Shown one piece after another: positions 13,813 to 64,000 of a DNA stretch of 64,000 nt. Source of the stretch: Podarcis tiliguerta (lineage: Eukaryota); NCBI GenBank assembly GCA_965153285.1, contig OZ229113.1; one strand, 5' to 3'. The position numbers and the translations under genes are program-made. The notes under the pieces are model-generated. The model searched no databases. It saw only the letters and a program-made list of their open reading frames with translations, and was not told the origin of the DNA. Each line of letters begins with the position of its first letter. Within the stretch, counting starts at the first letter, position 1.

Positions 13813-14444
13813 AATGTGCTAGACTGTGAAATCAATAGGATGCAAAAGCATTTACTTTTGGGTGGGTTTTTGCTGGTCCTGTTTCTTTACTAAGTTTTAT
13901 GGGTATATTGTTGTGTGTATGCTTTTGTTTTTGCAAAAGTCTCTTATTTTTTGTATGCCACCTTAAGCAATTTTAATCAGTAGTGTGGTAACTAAATGCT
14001 ATCATGTCCCAGTTGGTTTTCATTTGCTTGTCTGTGTGCACCATGAATTCCTGAGATGTAATTTGCTTGAGTATCAAGCAAATACCTCTGGCTTCATTAG
14101 AAGTAAGGTGTGCTTTGCTGATGGGCGTGCAATTGTTTTTATTTCAAATTAAACTCAATGGGAGTAACATTCTTCCCCCGTCCCGCACAACGTTAGATTT
14201 ATAGCGTATCTGAGCAGTGCATTCCCTCAACTTCCTACTTTTTGTTACATGTGTTTTAACTCTGGCTGCTCACGACCTTGTACCAAGCCTATACTCCTTG
14301 TTAATTATCTCGAGGGAGACCGGTGATTCCACTATGATGTCTGCCCTTCCTCCGCGGTCAATCTTCTCAACTTCTTTTTTTTTCTTTCCCACCAATTAGA
14401 TTATACACACGTGTGAAGAAAAGCCTCTGTTTTAAGGTGAAGTC

Positions 14445-59247
<44,803 letters not shown>

Positions 59248-60090
59248 ACTTCCAGGCCGCTTTAATGTACAGTTCTCTGTAAAGTTATGTCTTTATGTAT
59301 ATGTGTTAATGCCACCAGTTCTGTAAATAAAGGACACTGTTAAATAAGATACCTTTCCTTTATATACATATTATAAATATATAAATAAATTCCAGATGGG
59401 TGGACTTTTGGAAGATTTCTTTTTCTTTTTTTTTAGAGATGTCATTCAGTTTTTACAAATTGTTATATAATATTCCTTCAAATGCACACAAACTTTGGTA
59501 TAAATTTGTTTTTACTTGGGACTTTTTTTTTAAATAAAGGAAGTGGTTTTGCTTCACACAAAGCTTTGGTTTCACAGGAGATGCCTGTGACAGGCAGTGT
59601 GATCAAAGTCATATGGTTGTCTTGGGAGACTGTATTGGGTAAGGCACTTCATAAAATTTTCATTTTTGTTTACAAAGTTGCCTGCTTTGGCCAGGTAAAC
59701 CCTATTGAATATAATTCAATAGACTGTAATATAAATTTAAAACATATCCATGCGCATCAGCTAGTTGTGTGAACTTTTATATCTTAATTTAAAAGATGTG
59801 AAATTTAGTTTTCACAAGGCAAACTGGATTGTTTATATATATATATGTATGTTTAAACATTTGATGCTCTTTATTTAAAAGAAGACTTTGAACTATTTTT
59901 TCTGTATCTTGTAAAATATTGAAAACTAACATATGTTGAGGTTAAAACTGTACAGAAGCTAAATCTTTTCTGAATTGTGTGTTTATGTTTGAGATCCGTG
60001 TTTTAACTTTGTAAGTAAATTCTTCTGCCTTTGTATTTATATTTTACAAAAAAAACCCTTAAAGGCAATAAAACTGTTGAAAACTATATT
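59248..60090 (+). other. BCOR: BCOR 3'UTR (AU-rich)
   Basis: AT-rich sequence after the stop codon, ending near AATAAA at 60067. The end point is inferred. Confidence 0.7.
60067..60072 (+). terminator. Polyadenylation signal AATAAA
   Basis: Canonical hexamer with upstream TGTA motifs and a downstream GT-rich tract (ttggttttgtg). Confidence 0.7.
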
Positions 60091-60993
60091 GATGTAACTT
60101 GGTTTTGTGCATGACCCTCAAGTGAACTAGGGGCCCTATCCAACCCCAGCCGCCACCCATGCCTTCATAGGAGTAAAGCTGCACCAGAAATTTCCCATAT
60201 CCCCCTAGCTGCTCCTTATGGTACAGGTTTGTCTTCTAAAAACACCTTGTCACCATTTTGAATAGAGCAGAACTGGGCAGTGTTGCAATTTCAAAACTGC
60301 TGGTGGTCACAGTGCAGTGACAGAAGGAGAGGTACCTTTTAGCCTTCGTTGTCAAAAGGCAGCAGCGGAGACAGGAAGTGCTGCCCCCAGGGCCACGCTG
60401 CCAGGGCTGGAGTCAGATGCAGGTTAGCAATAAAGGAAGCAGATCTCTGTTGTCAGTGAAGTTTTTTAACTGTTCAAGGAAATGAACATACACTCAGCCT
60501 AGTAGCCTCAGCAGCACTTCCCAACAGGCCTTGCCCCTACAGACCAGTTGCCAGGACTGAAGGTCCTCAACTTCCACACCTCTCTAAGCCTCCTCCTCTC
60601 CTGGATGTTTCCCAAGCAGCCTCAAAACTGTGTCTGTGCACCTCTGTCTTCCGTTCAGCTCTTTGCATTGCTCTGGGAGTCCTTAGAGACCAAGGGGGGA
60701 GTTTTTGGCAGCAGGAGCCCCTGAGCGGCAGCCCTTCCCCAACTAGTTGCTTGCAGGGTTGCCTTCCTAAATGGTACAGGTTATCTAGGATGTAAACATG
60801 TGCTTCTCTGTTTTACAATGTACTAATTCAGGCTAAACTTAAGCTAACGGGAAACTTTACCTGGATTATTGGGTATTTCCATTGAAGCAGGGCTTAAGTT
60901 AAGAAAACCACGCAATTGGCTGTAGACTAGTCCCAGTGACTTTGCTGTATTTATTTCAGATTAATGTACGGCTTGGTTGCTGCAGTGTTAGAG

Positions 60994-61381
60994 CAGAGGT
61001 AGCCATTGTGTTGCTCTCCAGATCATAGAATTGTAGCATAGGAGCCAGCCCCTAGGGGCTTTGGAGGGCTTTGCCACCCACAAAATATTTGAGGGGGACA
61101 GCCTCCCAAACCTGATGGCATTGTCATTCAAATGGTGAGCATGCACTGTGTCATGTGATTATGTGAGGTGGGGCTTACTTAGGCCTCCCCCAAGATTTTA
61201 TTCAAGTTGGCACCCCTGAATTGTAGAGCTGGAAGGAACCCCAAGGGTCATTTAGTCCCAACACCCTGCGGTGCAGGAATAAATGTGAACTACAACCCCC
61301 AGAACCCCCAGCCCGGCTGGTCAATGGTAGGGAACTATGTGTGAGTTCACACCATTGGGAGGGCACCACATTGGCTATTTG
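60994..61381. mobile_element. Three-tier nest: outer hAT-like MITE, CR1-tailed SINE fragment (minus strand, about 61023-61280) and inner hAT MITE (61037-61218)
   Basis: The inner element has the exact 8-bp TSD aattgtag. Outer inverted repeats are tagccattgtgttgctctcc and ggagggcaccacattggcta. Confidence 0.75.
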
Positions 61382-61420
61382 ACCTAGAGTATTATTTTTC
61401 TACAACTTAGTACGCAATTG

Positions 61421-62073
61421 CAGAAACAGCGGTTCGAATCCGCTCTACAGGGTGAGCTCCTGTTGCTCTGTCCCAGCTCCTGCCAACCTAGGAATTTGAA
61501 AGCACACCAGTGCAAGTAGATAAATAGGTGGTTCTTCTTTGGCAATCACTCGTAGCCGAGTAAGATTGTCTTCCATAAACTCGGTCTTAACAATGAGTCC
61601 GTAAGTGACTGTGGAGGCCAATTCTGGATCCACACGTCCTTCCACAGTGGGGACTTTGTTTTCTGGGCAGGAGTTGTTTACGGTGTGGATTTGCCAAGCA
61701 TGCCTTCCTCTTGGCACGTTTCTCCCTTGCGTCCTGTGTTTGAGTGTCTTCAAAGCCCATGACACCTTTGGTAAAGGCTGTTCTCCAATTGGAGCGCTCG
61801 CAAGCCAGTGTTTCCCAGTTGTCGGTGTTTATACTACATTTTTTAGATTTACCACTGCAGCGGGAAGGTAAATGGCGTTTCTGTGCGCTCTGGCTTCCAT
61901 CACGGTATCCCGTTGCGCCAGAAGCGGTTTAGTCATGCTGGCCATATGACCCGGAAAGCTGTCTGTGGAGAAACGCTGGCTCCCTTGGCCTAAAGTGAGA
62001 TGAGCTCTGCACCCCATAGTCACCTTTGACTGGACTTAACCATCCAGTCCTTTGCCCTTTACCTTTTTTAACC
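61421..62073 (+). mobile_element. 5'-truncated Sauria SINE interrupted by a LINE fragment
   Basis: TSD tacgcaattg at 61411-61420 and 62074-62083. The SINE core is split at ataggt|accact. Confidence 0.88.
61530..61850 (-). mobile_element. RTE-clade LINE 3' end
   Basis: The minus strand translates to NLKKCSINTDNWETLACERSNWR...PHCGRTCGSRIGLHSHLRTHC*, followed by a short 3'UTR and a GAA tail. Confidence 0.8.
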
Positions 62074-62983
62074 TACGCAATTGTAGGAGCATTGTAGAAG
62101 ATTAGCTATGGAGAATGTCGAGCAGCAGTAATGAGAAAGGAAGAAATTGCAGAATGCCCAGGTATTTCCTATGGCAAGAGCCACCCACAATCACTGCATT
62201 AGGTATGAACCACAGTTCTGCCACTAAATAGATTTTCCTTTTGTTGTCACATTAATTTGCAACTCATTAATTGTGACAGAACTGAGGTGCTGTGCTGATG
62301 CAAATTTGCATATTCATGAGTAACTTATTAAACAAACAAGATCTCCCTGGCCTTAGGAAGTGCCCAAAGTAATGCTTCACAGTACATCACACAGCCTTGG
62401 ATGGTTCATTCTCTCTTTATTATGTTAATAGATGCATCTGGTTTAAAGAAAAAAAGTAAATAACCTGTGATTTAAAAATTCAGAATCATTTAAACAATCC
62501 AGTTGACATGACTGACCATAGCTTCCCAAAATGTGTACACATTCCTAGTCATCCTCAGAATTAATTTGAAGGTGGGATATAAATGCCTACATTAAATAAT
62601 TAAGTGAATGAATGAATAAATAATGCACATAGTAAAATAGTTGCGTGTGCGTTCTTCATGCATGGCATACATGCATTGCTCATCTTATTTCCTATACGCA
62701 ACTGATCTCCACGTAGAAAAACTATAGGATATCTATACAGAAGAAAGGATCATTATGTGAGGCGTTCCTTCCGGGAATAAGAATATCTGCTTCTCTTTTT
62801 CTTTAAAGGCACACAGAAAAATGGTCTTTCATTAAGGTTTGTACTGATCTTGTACAAATCAGGGAAACAAGGTAAGAAGAGAGAAAGGCAGAAGGGAAGT
62901 ACAATAGCAGCACATGGAGACAGAGAATATATATCTCTTGCCATGTGCAGAGGAAGGTGCTGAGGTGTCCCTTGATTCTAGCC

Positions 62984-63353
62984 CAGGGTTCAGCAACCTT
63001 TTCCAGCCATGGGCCGGTCCACCATCCCTCAGACCATGTGGTGGGCCAGACTATATTTTTTGGGGGGAAGGGAACGAATTCCTATGCCCCACAAATAACC
63101 CCAGAGGTGCATTTTAAATAAAAGGACACATTCTACTCATGTAAAAACACCAGGCAGGCCCCACAAATAACCCAGAGATGCATTTTAAATAAAAGGACAC
63201 ATTCTACTCATGTAAAAACACCAGGCAGGCCCCACAAATAACCCAGAGATGCATTTTAAATAAAAGGACACATTCTACTCCTGTAAAAACACACTGATTC
63301 CCGGACTGAGAAGGCAATTAGGCCACATCCGTCCCTGGGCCTTAGGTTCCCTG
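62984..63353. mobile_element. hAT-type MITE with internal minisatellite
   Basis: CAGGG...CCCTG termini with TSD ttctagcc / ttctagct. Confidence 0.85.
63086..63292. repeat. 71-bp tandem repeat, about 2.9 copies
   Basis: Units start at 63086, 63158 and 63229 and are nearly identical. Confidence 0.95.
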
Positions 63354-64000
63354 TTCTAGCTGATGCTTACCTTGGCAAAAGCATTGAGCATACCACTAAC
63401 ACAGAGTACCGCCAAAGGGGAAACATGGGACTTCCGGACTGCAAAATGATCATTTTGGCCACCTTTGAATCTGATGCTCTCTAAACAGAAAGATATCCCA
63501 GGTTTACAAAGAGAAGGCTCGCCAAAGAACGTAGTACTAATTTAGGACCAAAACTGTACTACTTTAGGATGCCCCCCCCCAAACAAGTGAACCAAATGGC
63601 CATTATTAATCTTCACAGCAACTCTAATAATCTTTATTGCTCAGCTGGTTTAATTTAATAGGCCCCAATGTATCTGGAATGCCATTTTGGGGTGGATAAA
63701 CTTTGAAATTCAAATCTAGGGTCATTAATTTTATAGATTCAGTGGGAAAATGTTCTGCAGTCTTCTGAACTGGAATAGTTAATTGCAAAGTCCAGTGGTT
63801 CTGTAGATAGTAAGTTGTACATACCAGTAGTTTGTTTTCTAATAAATTGTACATTAATATTGTAGGATCTGAAAGCATTTCAAGAGAGAAGGAGAGAGAA
63901 AAAGAGGGCAGTATTCTGAAGCCCCACAAATTTCAGGGGCATATTTATCAGCCCACCAGACCCTGACAGAAAATTGAATTCAGGTTGCAAGAGTTCAGAT

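Noticed and set aside
63086-63292. CRISPR-like repeat array
   Set aside because: Head-to-tail 71-bp units with no unique spacers, inside a eukaryotic MITE.

Overview
Vertebrate genomic DNA from a squamate reptile, most likely a lacertid lizard (inferred from Podarcis-type Sauria SINEs). The window holds one protein-coding gene on the + strand: BCOR (BCL6 corepressor). A roughly 10 kb CpG-rich promoter/intron-1 region (about 2.2-12.8 kb) precedes the start-codon exon (ATG 14445). I resolved 13 coding exons ending at the stop codon at 59247, with a poly(A) signal at 60067. The spliced product is about 1694 aa, or about 1712 aa if the 54-nt exon 5 lies in the N-gap at 21296-21443. The rest is intron or intergenic DNA with SINEs, hAT and Tc1/mariner MITEs, L2 and RTE LINE fragments and microsatellites. 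Three observations around exon 10/intron 10 stand out. (1) The 5' half of ancestral exon 10 is frameshifted and has lost its polypyrimidine tract, while a new in-frame acceptor lies inside the old exon, suggesting intronization. (2) Intron 10 carries a diverged partial duplicate of exon 11 with an intact acceptor and an in-frame stop, a candidate poison or alternative terminal exon that would remove the ankyrin repeats and PUFD. (3) Exon 10 ends in a GC donor. Exon numbering and human comparisons rely on my recollection of human BCOR; no alignment was run.
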